Notes under the pieces: generated by a model | Told to the model about the DNA's origin: nothing | What the model saw: the letters and a program-made list of their open reading frames with translations, nothing else | Database searches by the model: none | Shown here: positions 10,837-20,615 of the stretch, piece after piece | How positions within the stretch are numbered: position 1 is the stretch's first letter | Layout of the letters: each line of letters begins with the position of its first letter | From: an uncultured Methanoregulaceae archaeon | Lineage (GTDB): Archaea; Halobacteriota; Methanomicrobia; Methanomicrobiales; Methanospirillaceae | Length of the DNA: 64,000 bases | Direction: 5' to 3' | Assembly: GCA_963737635.1 (NCBI GenBank) | Contig: CAVTTL010000001.1 | Span: 1,184,001 to 1,248,000 of the forward strand | Position numbers and translations under genes: made by a program

Positions 10837-10860
10837 ACTTGATGGAGGGCTGGAGGAGCT

Positions 10861-11766
10861 TCAGCGGTGGCTCTTCCTGCCCGGCCAGTTCTGGCCACTT
10901 TTAGGCTGCAGGGGCACAAACTTTGAGCCTTGCATCCGGATCCCGGTGACGATCGCGTGCCCGGCCGCATGCGCCTCATCTGTAGTCACCGCGACTACGT
11001 CCACCGCGTCCGCAAGTGGCCCGGCCCGCACCTTAGGCGCAAGGATCTCCTGTACCTGGAAGATCCCGGCAGGACTCGACATATGAATCACAAGGCCGAT
11101 AGGTTTTTCGTCCCCTTTCCGGATCTCCACTTTTTCGATGGACAGCGCCGAGACTGAATGGATCGTGATGCTCCCGGATGCAAATGCGACCCGGCCCCTG
11201 CCCTTGGTCATGTCGGTCGAATCGGCGATGCAGACAAGTGCCGCTTCGATGGTGAGCGGCCGCGGTGTCCCGTGGTGGGAGTACATTGCGGAGAGGATGA
11301 ACGACCGGATCGCTATTCGCTGTCCGGGATCGTCATAGATTTCAGGCAGGAGCCGGTCGAGGATTGGGAGCGCCACCACGACGCTCAGGTTTGCATGCTC
11401 CTCCCGGTGCACCGTGTTTCCGAGGTCATGGCAGAGCATGGCAGTCATGACCACGAGGGCAGCGTCGTCCAGGTCGCCAAACCCTCCGGCAACGATATCG
11501 GGACAGAACGGTGAACCCTCCAGCAGGTCGAGCATGGTAAGGGCTGACGCAGTGGCTACCGTGGCATGGGTCCGGCCATGATCGTTCATCCCCAGTTTTG
11601 TCGCAGCTACGTAGTTCGCCATGCGCCAGCATGCCTGAACTTCAAGAGAGCCAGTGAGGAGTTTCCACATCTTTCTGGCCCGGGGCCGGCAGGCAAGGTA
11701 GTGTTCTATAAGGGCAACGGCGTGGGTTTCGAGGTCAGTGTCCAACTCAGGTTTACGTTTTTTCAT
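10861..11766 (-). CDS. HD-domain metal-dependent phosphohydrolase
   Basis: GMNDHGRTH, LCHDLGN, IADSTDMTKGR. Confidence 0.85.
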   Translation of the reverse strand: MKKRKPELDTDLETHAVALIEHYLACRPRARKMWKLLTGSLEVQACWRMANYVAATKLGMNDHGRTHATVATASALTMLDLLEGSPFCPDIVAGGFGDLDDAALVVMTAMLCHDLGNTVHREEHANLSVVVALPILDRLLPEIYDDPGQRIAIRSFILSAMYSHHGTPRPLTIEAALVCIADSTDMTKGRGRVAFASGSITIHSVSALSIEKVEIRKGDEKPIGLVIHMSSPAGIFQVQEILAPKVRAGPLADAVDVVAVTTDEAHAAGHAIVTGIRMQGSKFVPLQPKSGQNWPGRKSHR

Positions 11767-11920
11767 GGGTGGCTCCTGTACAGTATATCTTTCCTGCTCA
11801 GAAGAAAGGTGTTCCTTTGGAGGAAAACGATGTGTAGAGGACCGCCTGCCTTTAACATATATAATCCGGCGAGGCACAGCTCTACTAAGGAACCCGGGCA
11901 TCCTGCACAGCTGCCCGGAT

Positions 11921-12418
11921 ATGCGTGATACTATGCCGGTCTGGTTTCAGAAAGTTGCCCTTGCATTCACTATCGGTGTGCTCGTCCTGGTAATCGCCCT
12001 CCCGGTCTTCCATATAGTAGGGAATCCTTCGAAACAGGACACCGTTGCACAGATGTATGTGTCCATGTTCCCGCAAGTCGGTGAGAACAATGCTGAAGCG
12101 CTGCTGGATTCCTTCATTACTGCACCTGACGGCAGCCTGACCCTGCTTCCGGCAAAGGATATCAGCGTCCGGGGATACCTCATCGGCACCACGGTCAGGA
12201 TAATCTATCTGGGAGGACGGGACGATGCTCTCCTCTCTTCGATTGGCATCTTCATTCACAGATCCGGGGGACAGGTTCTTGAGCAGATGCACCCAAAACC
12301 CGAACTCGACGAGCAGTATACGTTCACGAATCTGGGGAACCCGGGTCCTGATGAGATCCTTGTCCTTGGAATCTTCACGGACCAGTCCCAGCAGGTCCTC
12401 CTGACGACTTCTGTATAA
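11921..12418 (+). CDS. Membrane-anchored protein with archaeal pilin-like C-terminal domain
   Basis: N-terminal TM; IYLGGRD…GPDEILVLGIFTDQSQQVLL resembles Methanomicrobiales pilin-type globular domains. Confidence 0.55.
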   Translation: MRDTMPVWFQKVALAFTIGVLVLVIALPVFHIVGNPSKQDTVAQMYVSMFPQVGENNAEALLDSFITAPDGSLTLLPAKDISVRGYLIGTTVRIIYLGGRDDALLSSIGIFIHRSGGQVLEQMHPKPELDEQYTFTNLGNPGPDEILVLGIFTDQSQQVLLTTSV

Positions 12419-12599
12419 CGGAACCAAGAAAATCTTTCGAAGGGGATATTATACCGGTCCTATGTTCTAAAACAATCAAAATCAGTAGTATATTCCAGCT
12501 TGAGTGGATGAGGTTTGAGTGCGTCTCCATCAGTTGGAGGATTATTGTACATCGAAATACTATTTTATCAATCACTGTGCCGGACTACCCAAGGAACGG

Positions 12600-13004
12600 T
12601 CACCCAAACATGAGTCCGCCAGACTCTTCCAGGTACACTTCGATATCTTTTTTGATGAACCTGTCATGGATACGGTTCGGGAACTCCTCCATCAGACGGT
12701 TGATGAGATCTATCGGATCGATTTTCAGGTCCATACCGGTTTTTTTGGCTTCCTCAACAATGAAAGGGCTTGAATTGAAGAGGTCGGACCCCGCGTTCAG
12801 AATGCAAAGGAAGCGTGCATTCAACGTGTAGAAAACCTCCAGGGTCTGTTTCGCACGCCGTACATTCTTCTCGGCCGATTTTTCTATACCACAGATGTTT
12901 GTTTTTGATGTATGGAAGATATCCGCTATCTGCTGCCGGGTCATCCCTTTCTTCCGGTATCTCATTACGTCTAATTGCCGGCGTGTAAGCAGGCTCTCTC
13001 CCAT
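12600..13004 (-). CDS. Tfx-family DNA-binding protein
   Basis: LLTRRQLDVMRYRKKGMTRQQIADIFHTSKTNICGIEKSA HTH. Confidence 0.85.
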   Translation of the reverse strand: MGESLLTRRQLDVMRYRKKGMTRQQIADIFHTSKTNICGIEKSAEKNVRRAKQTLEVFYTLNARFLCILNAGSDLFNSSPFIVEEAKKTGMDLKIDPIDLINRLMEEFPNRIHDRFIKKDIEVYLEESGGLMFG

Positions 13005-13485
13005 TCATTTTCACCCGAATATAAATTGATTATGTCGATAATATATTGAATATGTGTTTTACTCACACGCCAGCGAAGGAAGTCGGTGACAATAGTCGGC
13101 ACCATTAAGTACCTTAGATCGAAGAATTCATTTCCATGGGGGATGCAGTGATGGCGAAGGCAGTAGTTACCATATCCCTCAGGGAGCGTTAAGAACATCA
13201 GAATTGTGCCGGCCCTTTTTTCCGATCCTTTTAAAATCATTCAGTGTTAATAATATTTATTAATAGAAAATATTTACCATCCACATAGCGCCGTATCTGG
13301 CCTTTTAGGTCGTCGGTACCGTCTATTTTGGTTAGGTTTTCTACAGAGCAATTCTTTTTTTAATCCGGCTTTGCCGACTTCTCGCAGAAATATCCTCAAT
13401 GAAAGCCGGTGCCGGAATACACCCTGAATTACCGGATTTATCTATCCCTCCCATATTGCTCATATACATGAAATGCTAATATTCC

Positions 13486-13788
13486 ATGACGAATATGAGA
13501 GATACTTCCGAGGTACTGGAACAACTGCGGGTCATGAGACACGAGTTAAAGGAGCAGTATCACGTAAGGAACATCGGTATCTTCGGATCGTACTCCCGGA
13601 AACTCCAGACCGAACAAAGTGATCTCGATCTCGTGGTTGAATTTGACCAACCGATAGGCATGATGGCATTCGTGCATTTAAAAAACCTGATCTCCGGCCG
13701 TCTTAATATCCCGGTCGATCTCGTGACTCCCGAGGGTCTCCATCCCCTGATCCGCGATCAGGTCATGCACGAGGTCGTGTATGTCTGA
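13486..13788 (+). CDS. MNT nucleotidyltransferase antitoxin (MntA-like)
   Basis: IGIFGSYSR…SDLDLVVEF…VDLVT motif. Confidence 0.9.
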   Translation: MTNMRDTSEVLEQLRVMRHELKEQYHVRNIGIFGSYSRKLQTEQSDLDLVVEFDQPIGMMAFVHLKNLISGRLNIPVDLVTPEGLHPLIRDQVMHEVVYV

Positions 13789-14127
13789 AAAGCGATCCTC
13801 CAGTCTCCTTTTATTTGATATTTACCAGTCCGTGGAAAAAATCGAAGTATTCACTCGGGATAGTTCTTTTGATCAGCTGATGACTGATGAACGGACAAAG
13901 GATGCTATTCTTCGCAATCTTCAGGTAATCGGGGAAGCATCCAAGAACCTTCCAGAATCCCTCATGACTGATCACCCGGAAGTGGACTGGAGCGGTCTTG
14001 CCGGGTCCGGGATATTGTCACACACCGGTATTTCCGTGTTGACTGGAATCTGCTTTGGATAAGTATTCGTGAAGAATTACCCGTTCTGAAAACCCAGATC
14101 CGGAACCTTATGAAAGAAGACGGGTGA
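13781..14127 (+). CDS. HEPN (DUF86/HepT-like) RNase toxin, frameshift ~14005
   Basis: DAILRNLQVIGEASK…PEVDW, then in shifted frame RDIVTHRYFRVD (RX4H) to TGA at 14127; overlaps the MNT gene. Confidence 0.85.
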
Positions 14128-14446
14128 TAAATTACGGGCTCGCACATTGTGCCGGTGATGCACTCCCGACTCTGCCAGCGTGGAGTTTGATGGCGGCCCG
14201 GTATCTTTTACCGCTTGAAGAAACAGGTGTGCCTGAATCCCGGAAATCGGGCGTGAGATAGTGTTCATTCATCCCGCCCTCTTGGAATTGCTTTACGGAC
14301 CGTGAGGATATGCCGGAGATCCTGCTTTTTTCCGGCACGATTTGGGACGTGTCGAGGCGGTCGACAGGTTTTTGAATTGTGTATTGATTTCGGGTTTTCC
14401 GAATCCCCGGTGGATGTATCCACGGTTCAAAAATTGAGAAAATGGC

Positions 14447-14920
14447 CTACTCTACGGTCGCCCGGAGGATGGTCATTTTTTCTTTCGGCCGGTCGTCGGG
14501 GTCAATCGTGGTTGTGCCGATCCGGTCGACTACGTCCATGCCTTCCACCACTTTTGCGAAGACCGGGTGCTTTGCGTCAAGGAAGTTGTTGTTGACGAGG
14601 TTGATAAAGAACTGTGAGCCTCCGGTATTGGGGCCTGCGTTTGCCATCGAAAGGGTACCCCGGTCGTTCCGGTTGTGACCGGAAAACTCATCCCGGATCA
14701 TGTAGCCGGGCCCGCCCCTGCCGGTACCGGTGGGGTCACCTCCCTGGATCATAAACTCCGGGATCACGCGGTGGAAAATAACGCCATTATAGAAGCCTTT
14801 CTTTACGAGCGTTTCAAAATTTCCGGCAGTGACAGGCATATCCGGATCGAGTGCAACCGTAATAGTGCCCATGTTCGTTTCAAGCCGTACCCGTTTACCG
14901 GGTTCCTGTTCTGGTGTCAT
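14447..14920 (-). CDS. Cyclophilin-type peptidyl-prolyl isomerase (cytoplasmic)
   Basis: [31 protein letters not shown]. Confidence 0.95.
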   Translation of the reverse strand: MTPEQEPGKRVRLETNMGTITVALDPDMPVTAGNFETLVKKGFYNGVIFHRVIPEFMIQGGDPTGTGRGGPGYMIRDEFSGHNRNDRGTLSMANAGPNTGGSQFFINLVNNNFLDAKHPVFAKVVEGMDVVDRIGTTTIDPDDRPKEKMTILRATVE

Positions 14921-14991
14921 GATTGCAAGAAAAGTATAGCTTGTTGGAGGTATTCTTTTTTGTGCGGTGCAGGAGCTGGTCGCCTCGGACC

Positions 14992-15609
14992 TCAGACCAT
15001 CTCCGCATGAAGAATCGTCACGTTGGTGAGCGGCCGGTTATTTGTATCGGTGGGCACTTGTGCGATGGCATTAACTACGTCCATGCCGGAGGTGACCGTC
15101 CCAAAGACCGGGAAGTTTGGATCGAGGTACGTGTTGTCAACGAGATTGATAAAAAACTGCGAGCCTCCGGTATTGGGGCCTGCGTTTGCCATCGCCACCG
15201 TACCCCGGGCATTGTGGTTGTGGCTGGTAAATTCGTCCGGAATGGCATAGCCGGGTCCGCCTTTGCCGGTACCGGTGGGGTCGCCACCTTGGATCATGAA
15301 TCCGGGGATCACGCGGTGGAAGATAACTCCGTCATAGAATCCGCTTTTTACGAGTTTTTCAAAATTGCCGCTGGTGATCGGCATGTCAGAGTTGAGCGCG
15401 ATGGTGATGTTTCCCATCGTTGTCTCGAGCAGGACGTGATCCTGTGCAGTCGATACACTTGCGCCTGAGCCTGTAGGAGACGCGGTGATTCCCGTTGACG
15501 TGGCGGCCGGGCTCTGGGTTGCGGTTCCTGCAGGCTGCGTGCACCCACAAACAAGGAGAAGGACACACACGAGAAGGAAAAGGGAGAGGGACGTTCGTGA
15601 TAAAATCAT
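14992..15609 (-). CDS. Cyclophilin-type PPIase, lipoprotein
   Basis: Signal with lipobox LLVCGC and Thr/Ser linker, then cyclophilin domain. Confidence 0.92.
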   Translation of the reverse strand: MILSRTSLSLFLLVCVLLLVCGCTQPAGTATQSPAATSTGITASPTGSGASVSTAQDHVLLETTMGNITIALNSDMPITSGNFEKLVKSGFYDGVIFHRVIPGFMIQGGDPTGTGKGGPGYAIPDEFTSHNHNARGTVAMANAGPNTGGSQFFINLVDNTYLDPNFPVFGTVTSGMDVVNAIAQVPTDTNNRPLTNVTILHAEMV

Positions 15610-15665
15610 GGAGTACCAGTTCTCTCCGGGACAAAAAAAAGTTTGTAAAAAAAAAAGAGATTTTT

Positions 15666-16340
15666 TCAGGATGCCTTTGGCGCATCGTCTCCGGTTTTCC
15701 GACTGAATACGTAGAGTGCAGAGAGTACGATGACGATGGAGACAATACCGGTCGCGATGATCCATTCGCCTTGGGTCGTCGAAGCCACATAATTGTCCTC
15801 TGATACGTCAAGACCGAGGATGGCGTACGTGTTTCCAGCAGAATCATCGATAGGCGCGTAAGCGGACATGAACGATCCCCACGAATCAGTATAGGGTACG
15901 GGTGAGGTGGTCGGGCCGGAGAGCGCTTCAAAGATCTGCATTTTGTCCGGGGAGGTATCCGCTTCGCCGATCCGGGCGGAACCCGACGGGTCCAGCGGAT
16001 AGAGGTCATCAACTAAAAACGAGGCAGACATATCCGTGGTGTTCACTTCGATGATATAAGCGTTGAGAAGATTGTCGTTCATGCTGCGCATCGAACGCAG
16101 CTTTGCTGCAACTGCAAGGTACTGGGTCGTGTTTTCGTCGCCCGTTTTGAGACCGGTAAGCTCGCTTGCGCTGATCTGCGTGGCCATGACGCCGGCTGTG
16201 GACTTGAGTCCCGATTGTACGGCGTTCCTGAGCGCTGCATTCGAATTCTCGTACGCAAACGCGGTCAGCACCGAAATAATAACCACGGCAATGATTGCAG
16301 TGGCCACCAGTTTTGTCGAACGTGAACAGGTTTGGGCCAT
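15666..16340 (-). CDS. Two-TM protein with extracellular Cache-like sensor domain and no output domain
   Basis: TM - periplasmic domain (YTDSWGSFMSAYAPI…ILGLDV) - TM - short tail. Confidence 0.7.
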   Translation of the reverse strand: MAQTCSRSTKLVATAIIAVVIISVLTAFAYENSNAALRNAVQSGLKSTAGVMATQISASELTGLKTGDENTTQYLAVAAKLRSMRSMNDNLLNAYIIEVNTTDMSASFLVDDLYPLDPSGSARIGEADTSPDKMQIFEALSGPTTSPVPYTDSWGSFMSAYAPIDDSAGNTYAILGLDVSEDNYVASTTQGEWIIATGIVSIVIVLSALYVFSRKTGDDAPKAS

Positions 16341-16341
16341 A

Positions 16342-17799
16342 TCAGCATCGCCTCCTCAGGCACCCAGCCATCCCGAATGCTGCTACAAGCACGCAGAGTA
16401 CCGCTGCAGGACCCGGTGCCGGGGTCTGGGTCGCAGTGGGGGTTGGGGCAGCAGCAAGTGCGAGAGCGAGCGGTGAAATCTGCCCTGAAATTACGGTTGT
16501 CGTTGTCGTGTAGTCCACGTAGCCTGGTGCCGATACCCGGACCAGGTGGTCTCCCGGCGAAAGGCCGGTCACGGTAAGCGGGGTGGAACCGCGGTACACG
16601 CCGTCGATGTACATAGCCGCATTTGTCGGGGATGATGCAACAGCCAGGCCCCCGGTGGCTGGAGCAATTGTCGGGGTTACGCCGATGGGTGTCAGGGAAG
16701 CGGAAACGGTATTTACGACGTTTGCCTGGATATAGACCGTATTGAGCCAGGCATTATACCCAGGTGCGGTCACCCTTAAAAGATGGTTACCCGTGGTGAC
16801 ACCATTGAGCGAGAGAGTCCCGGCAGAATTGACCACACCCGCCACATTACTGTCGAGATACACGGTTGCTCCCGGGACTGACGTAATAACGACCGTTCCT
16901 AATATCGCTGTCGACATCGTGATCGGCAGGTTCTGAGACTGGCCGCCAACTACCCAGATGTTTGTGGAATAATCGTTATACCTTGCGTATTTGAGTACGA
17001 TCTGGTGGCTGCCCGGGTACAGCGTCAGGGTCAGGGGCGTCGTCCCGTAGTACCCGCCGTCGGCATATGCGCCTGCCTGGTTCGGGTTCGAAGTCACGTA
17101 TACCAAGCCGGTCTGGCGCGGCTGGGGTGACTGCTGGAGCACCGGGTAATAGGGTGCCGTCTGCCCGGAGTACACGTAGACGACCGTGTTGTCAGGTGTA
17201 TAACCGGAAAGGGTGGCTTTCATGGAATAGGTGCCCTGCGCAAGACCCGGGATGGTCAGCGGCGAGTACCCGTAGAAGTTCCCGTTGAGGTAGATCGCTG
17301 CCCCGGCCGGGCTGGACTGGGCATAAATCGCGCCGTTTGTCACCGGCGGGATAGTGGTTGGGATCGTCATAATCGGGTTGATGGTTGTGTAGACTGCGAC
17401 ATGCTGGCCGGGCGAGGGCATGGAGGAAAGAGGGCCTGACCAGGTCGTGTAGCCCGGTTGGGAAACCGTTATCGTCCTGACAGGAGCGCCTGTGGAGTAT
17501 ACTGCCACCGACAGAATGCCCCCGGCTGTTGTACCTTGGGCAACTCCATCGAAATAGACCGTGGACCCATCGACATTACAGTACACATCGATCCATCCCT
17601 GGTCTCCTCCCATCGCGGTGGTCGGAATCGTGATGGTCTGCTCGGTCGTGGGGATCGTTGTCGGTTCAGTGACGGTTGGCAAGAGGGTCTGATCCGTGGT
17701 GGTTTGCGTATCGGTTGTGCCGGCGCCGGCAGCGAGCGGGGCAAGGATACCTATGCAGAAGACGAGGATCAGTACAAGTACAAGCAGTTTCTTTATCAT
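16342..17799 (-). CDS. PEGA-repeat cell-surface protein with PGF-CTERM-like anchor
   Basis: Signal peptide; repeated SSPxGAxIYxxGxYxGxTPL PEGA units; C-terminal TPAPGP + TM + RRR. Confidence 0.9.
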   Translation of the reverse strand: MIKKLLVLVLILVFCIGILAPLAAGAGTTDTQTTTDQTLLPTVTEPTTIPTTEQTITIPTTAMGGDQGWIDVYCNVDGSTVYFDGVAQGTTAGGILSVAVYSTGAPVRTITVSQPGYTTWSGPLSSMPSPGQHVAVYTTINPIMTIPTTIPPVTNGAIYAQSSPAGAAIYLNGNFYGYSPLTIPGLAQGTYSMKATLSGYTPDNTVVYVYSGQTAPYYPVLQQSPQPRQTGLVYVTSNPNQAGAYADGGYYGTTPLTLTLYPGSHQIVLKYARYNDYSTNIWVVGGQSQNLPITMSTAILGTVVITSVPGATVYLDSNVAGVVNSAGTLSLNGVTTGNHLLRVTAPGYNAWLNTVYIQANVVNTVSASLTPIGVTPTIAPATGGLAVASSPTNAAMYIDGVYRGSTPLTVTGLSPGDHLVRVSAPGYVDYTTTTTVISGQISPLALALAAAPTPTATQTPAPGPAAVLCVLVAAFGMAGCLRRRC

Positions 17800-17894
17800 C
17801 GTATCTCATCCTGTGGTACAGTTCTGGAAGATACTCCTATATAAAAAGAGGATGTATATGTCACGCCAGAAAAAACCCGGCAACACCCTTCTCC

Positions 17895-19088
17895 CTATCG
17901 GTTGGTTTTCTCCGGGGATAATCTGTCAATAACCGTCGCGAGCCGGTGCATGCCTTCCGCGATCTTCTCCTCATTGGCATTCGAGAAGTTGAGCCGGATG
18001 ATATCGGTACCGCCGCCATCGACAAAGAACGGCATCCCGGGCAGCACTGCAACGTTCTGCCGGATTCCTTCTTCAAAGACTCTCATTGCGTCCATGTCGG
18101 GAGGCAGCGTCGCGGTAAGGAACATCCCCCCATCGGGAGTCGTGTGGGAGAGGGCCGGCATCAGATCGTCGAAGAGATCGCACATCAGCCGGCATTGCCG
18201 GCTGTAGACTGCAATGATTTTCCGGATATGGCTGTCGAGATCGTTTGTAGTGAGGTACCGATGCAGGATCTGTTGGCAGAGGAAGTTTGAATGAAGGTCT
18301 GCGGCCTGCTTTGCGGTATTGAACGCTGCGAGGATCTCACCGGGAGCATATAGCCATCCGATCCGCATGCCTGGCGCAGTTATCTTGGAAAACGATCCTG
18401 AGATCACGGCATTTTCGGGGAGGAGGCGTTTTACCGGCGGCCGTGGTTTCCCATCAAAGAAGAGTTCCCCAAATGCATCGTCCTCATAAAAAACGGTGCC
18501 TGTACCGTCAATAATTTCGGCGATCTCCTTGCGCCTTTCCCGCGAGTACGTACGACCTGAAGGGTTCTGGGAGTTGGGAATGCCGTAGAAAAATTTCACC
18601 GGAGCGTCTTTCATCATTTTCCTGAAGACAACCGGATCCGGGCCCTCGCGGTCGAGCGGCACGGTGGTAAATTCCGGCTCGTAGAGCGAAAATGCTTCGA
18701 TCGCCCCAAGGTACCCCGGTCGCTCCATGCCCACCCGATCGCCGGGATCAAGAAAGATCTTTGCGAAGAGATCGAGGCACTGCTGGGAGCCGTTGGTGAT
18801 CTGGATCTCGTCGGCAGTGGCCGGAATGCCAAGACGCTGGCGGTAACGGTCCGCGATATACTCCCGCAGCGGCCGGTAGCCATCGGTCGTCGAGTACTGC
18901 AGGGCAGTCCTGGGATCGGTACTGAAGACGTCCCGGGCTGCGGCTGACAGCCCTTCTGTATCGATTAGTTCGGATGACGGCAGCCCACCGGCAAACGAAA
19001 TGATGGAGGGGTCGGACGAGACCTTGAAGAGCTCCCCGAGGAACGATGCCGGGGCATGCTGGATGCGTCGGGCAAAGGCAAACGTCAT
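17895..19088 (-). CDS. PLP-dependent aminotransferase class I/II (LysN/ARO8-like)
   Basis: ISFAGGLP, ITNGSQQ, YEDDAF, GSFSKITAPGMRIGW. Confidence 0.92.
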   Translation of the reverse strand: MTFAFARRIQHAPASFLGELFKVSSDPSIISFAGGLPSSELIDTEGLSAAARDVFSTDPRTALQYSTTDGYRPLREYIADRYRQRLGIPATADEIQITNGSQQCLDLFAKIFLDPGDRVGMERPGYLGAIEAFSLYEPEFTTVPLDREGPDPVVFRKMMKDAPVKFFYGIPNSQNPSGRTYSRERRKEIAEIIDGTGTVFYEDDAFGELFFDGKPRPPVKRLLPENAVISGSFSKITAPGMRIGWLYAPGEILAAFNTAKQAADLHSNFLCQQILHRYLTTNDLDSHIRKIIAVYSRQCRLMCDLFDDLMPALSHTTPDGGMFLTATLPPDMDAMRVFEEGIRQNVAVLPGMPFFVDGGGTDIIRLNFSNANEEKIAEGMHRLATVIDRLSPEKTNR

Positions 19089-19280
19089 GGTATTTACCTG
19101 AATAGGCGGACAGGTGGTACAAGTGTTGGCCGGTTCACGTACAAAAAGGCTATAGTTCCTGCTTTTATACCGGAAGGAGCCAGATGGGTGCCATATCTGT
19201 CACTGAGTATATTGTAGAAAATCCTGAAAAATAGGTATACATTTTTGCGGGAAGAAATCCCCGTTTGTGCGCACACGAAG

Positions 19281-19505
19281 TCACGCGGCGTCGGCTACGT
19301 CAATCCTGATGATATCGGATGAAAGTGACTGGATCGTGCGGTGCAGGTCAGCCTGCCAGGCCTGCTGCATCCGACCGATCGCCACTTTAAGCCGGGCGAG
19401 CGCTTCTCCTTTGTCCGCACCCTGGCAAATAGTCCCCGGGATCTCAACGCAGCGGGCGGTAAAACCACCTTCTTCGTTGGGCTCGAAGACGATTGTGTAT
19501 TGCAT
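19281..19505 (-). CDS. HicB-family antitoxin-like protein
   Basis: YTIVFEPNEEGGFTARCVEIPGTICQG…EAL…AI HicB N-terminal motif. Confidence 0.8.
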   Translation of the reverse strand: MQYTIVFEPNEEGGFTARCVEIPGTICQGADKGEALARLKVAIGRMQQAWQADLHRTIQSLSSDIIRIDVADAA

Positions 19506-19744
19506 GATCTCATATATTTTTTTGAGAGTATACAGTCTTTCCTGTCGGCAAAAGGTGCCTGAAAAGGGGTTTCCTTTTGGAGAGAGGTGGCCATGATCCC
19601 ATTGACCCGGTTTAGTTCTTCTAACCCCAAGGTTCAATGGCGTTACCCGGGCAATCTTGGAAATATATACCTGCGGGCAGGCAACATCACGAGCAGATGA
19701 GTCTTGCAGGGACTGCAGGGCCATCATAAGGAAACAATGCCAAG

Positions 19745-20530
19745 GTGAAAAAAATGAATACCACAAAGACAATCCTCATCGGCAGCCTCTGTTTGATCTG
19801 CCTTGCTGCGGCGATCATGCCGGTTGCAGCCGATCCCGTAAGCGGGAATGCATGGAATACGAATCCGGAACATATCGCGGCGATGCAGGCCTATGTTGCT
19901 TATGCGGGAGCATTGGGACAGGCACAGATGGACGGGGCGATCGGATACTTCGGCACCATCGGCAACGGTGCCGGGACGAGTCAGCTTTCCTCGCTCGAAT
20001 CGCAGTTTACCAGCACAGTCTCGTCGGTACAGTCAATGACCGCTGGCGACCAGATTGCAGCTGCAGAAACACAGATGAGTTCGGATCATAAGCAGTTTAC
20101 GGCCGATGCAAAATCCTCGCTCAAGGAGTACAACGGTACTGGAAAAGCCCTTGAGGCAAGTATCAATGTCTCGGTCATGGCACAGTCCGCCACGATCCAG
20201 AGCCTGAAGAGCACGTGGTGGACGGACCGCCAGACCGCCCGGATGAATGAGTTTACCACAAACGACCAGCGCCGCAACGGCATTCTCTCGAATATGACGG
20301 CAAAGGGAATCGATGTCTCACAGGCCCAAGCGGTTGAAACCCAGATCCAACAGGAAGGAACCGTCCTTAATACGGCATTAACCAACCATGATGAGCAGGC
20401 AATCAAGGCCGCAAACCAGGATCTCGCAACGCTCAACCAACAGTTTGCCAGCATCGTGAAGATCTACCGGGCAGAGTACAGGCAGCACGCCACCCCGTCC
20501 ACAACAGTTACTCCGGCCGCCACCGCGTAA
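19745..20530 (+). CDS. Secreted helical hypothetical protein
   Basis: Signal peptide …MPVAA; Gln/Ala-rich helical body; Thr/Pro tail; T-tract after the stop. Confidence 0.75.
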   Translation: MKKMNTTKTILIGSLCLICLAAAIMPVAADPVSGNAWNTNPEHIAAMQAYVAYAGALGQAQMDGAIGYFGTIGNGAGTSQLSSLESQFTSTVSSVQSMTAGDQIAAAETQMSSDHKQFTADAKSSLKEYNGTGKALEASINVSVMAQSATIQSLKSTWWTDRQTARMNEFTTNDQRRNGILSNMTAKGIDVSQAQAVETQIQQEGTVLNTALTNHDEQAIKAANQDLATLNQQFASIVKIYRAEYRQHATPSTTVTPAATA

Positions 20531-20615
20531 GAGGCGTCCGGATCTTTTTTTAGAAAGATACCATAAATGGTTGAGATCTTGAATACGTTCTCCCTCATCC
20601 GTGATGCAATCGTTT

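Noticed and set aside
13247-13263. Inverted repeat TTAATAA-TAT-TTATTAA between tfx and the MNT gene
   Set aside because: Pure A/T sequence in an AT-rich gap; likely to occur by chance.
14130-14440. Short minus-strand ORFs between the HEPN and cyclophilin genes
   Set aside because: No recognisable motifs or codon bias; cannot be supported.
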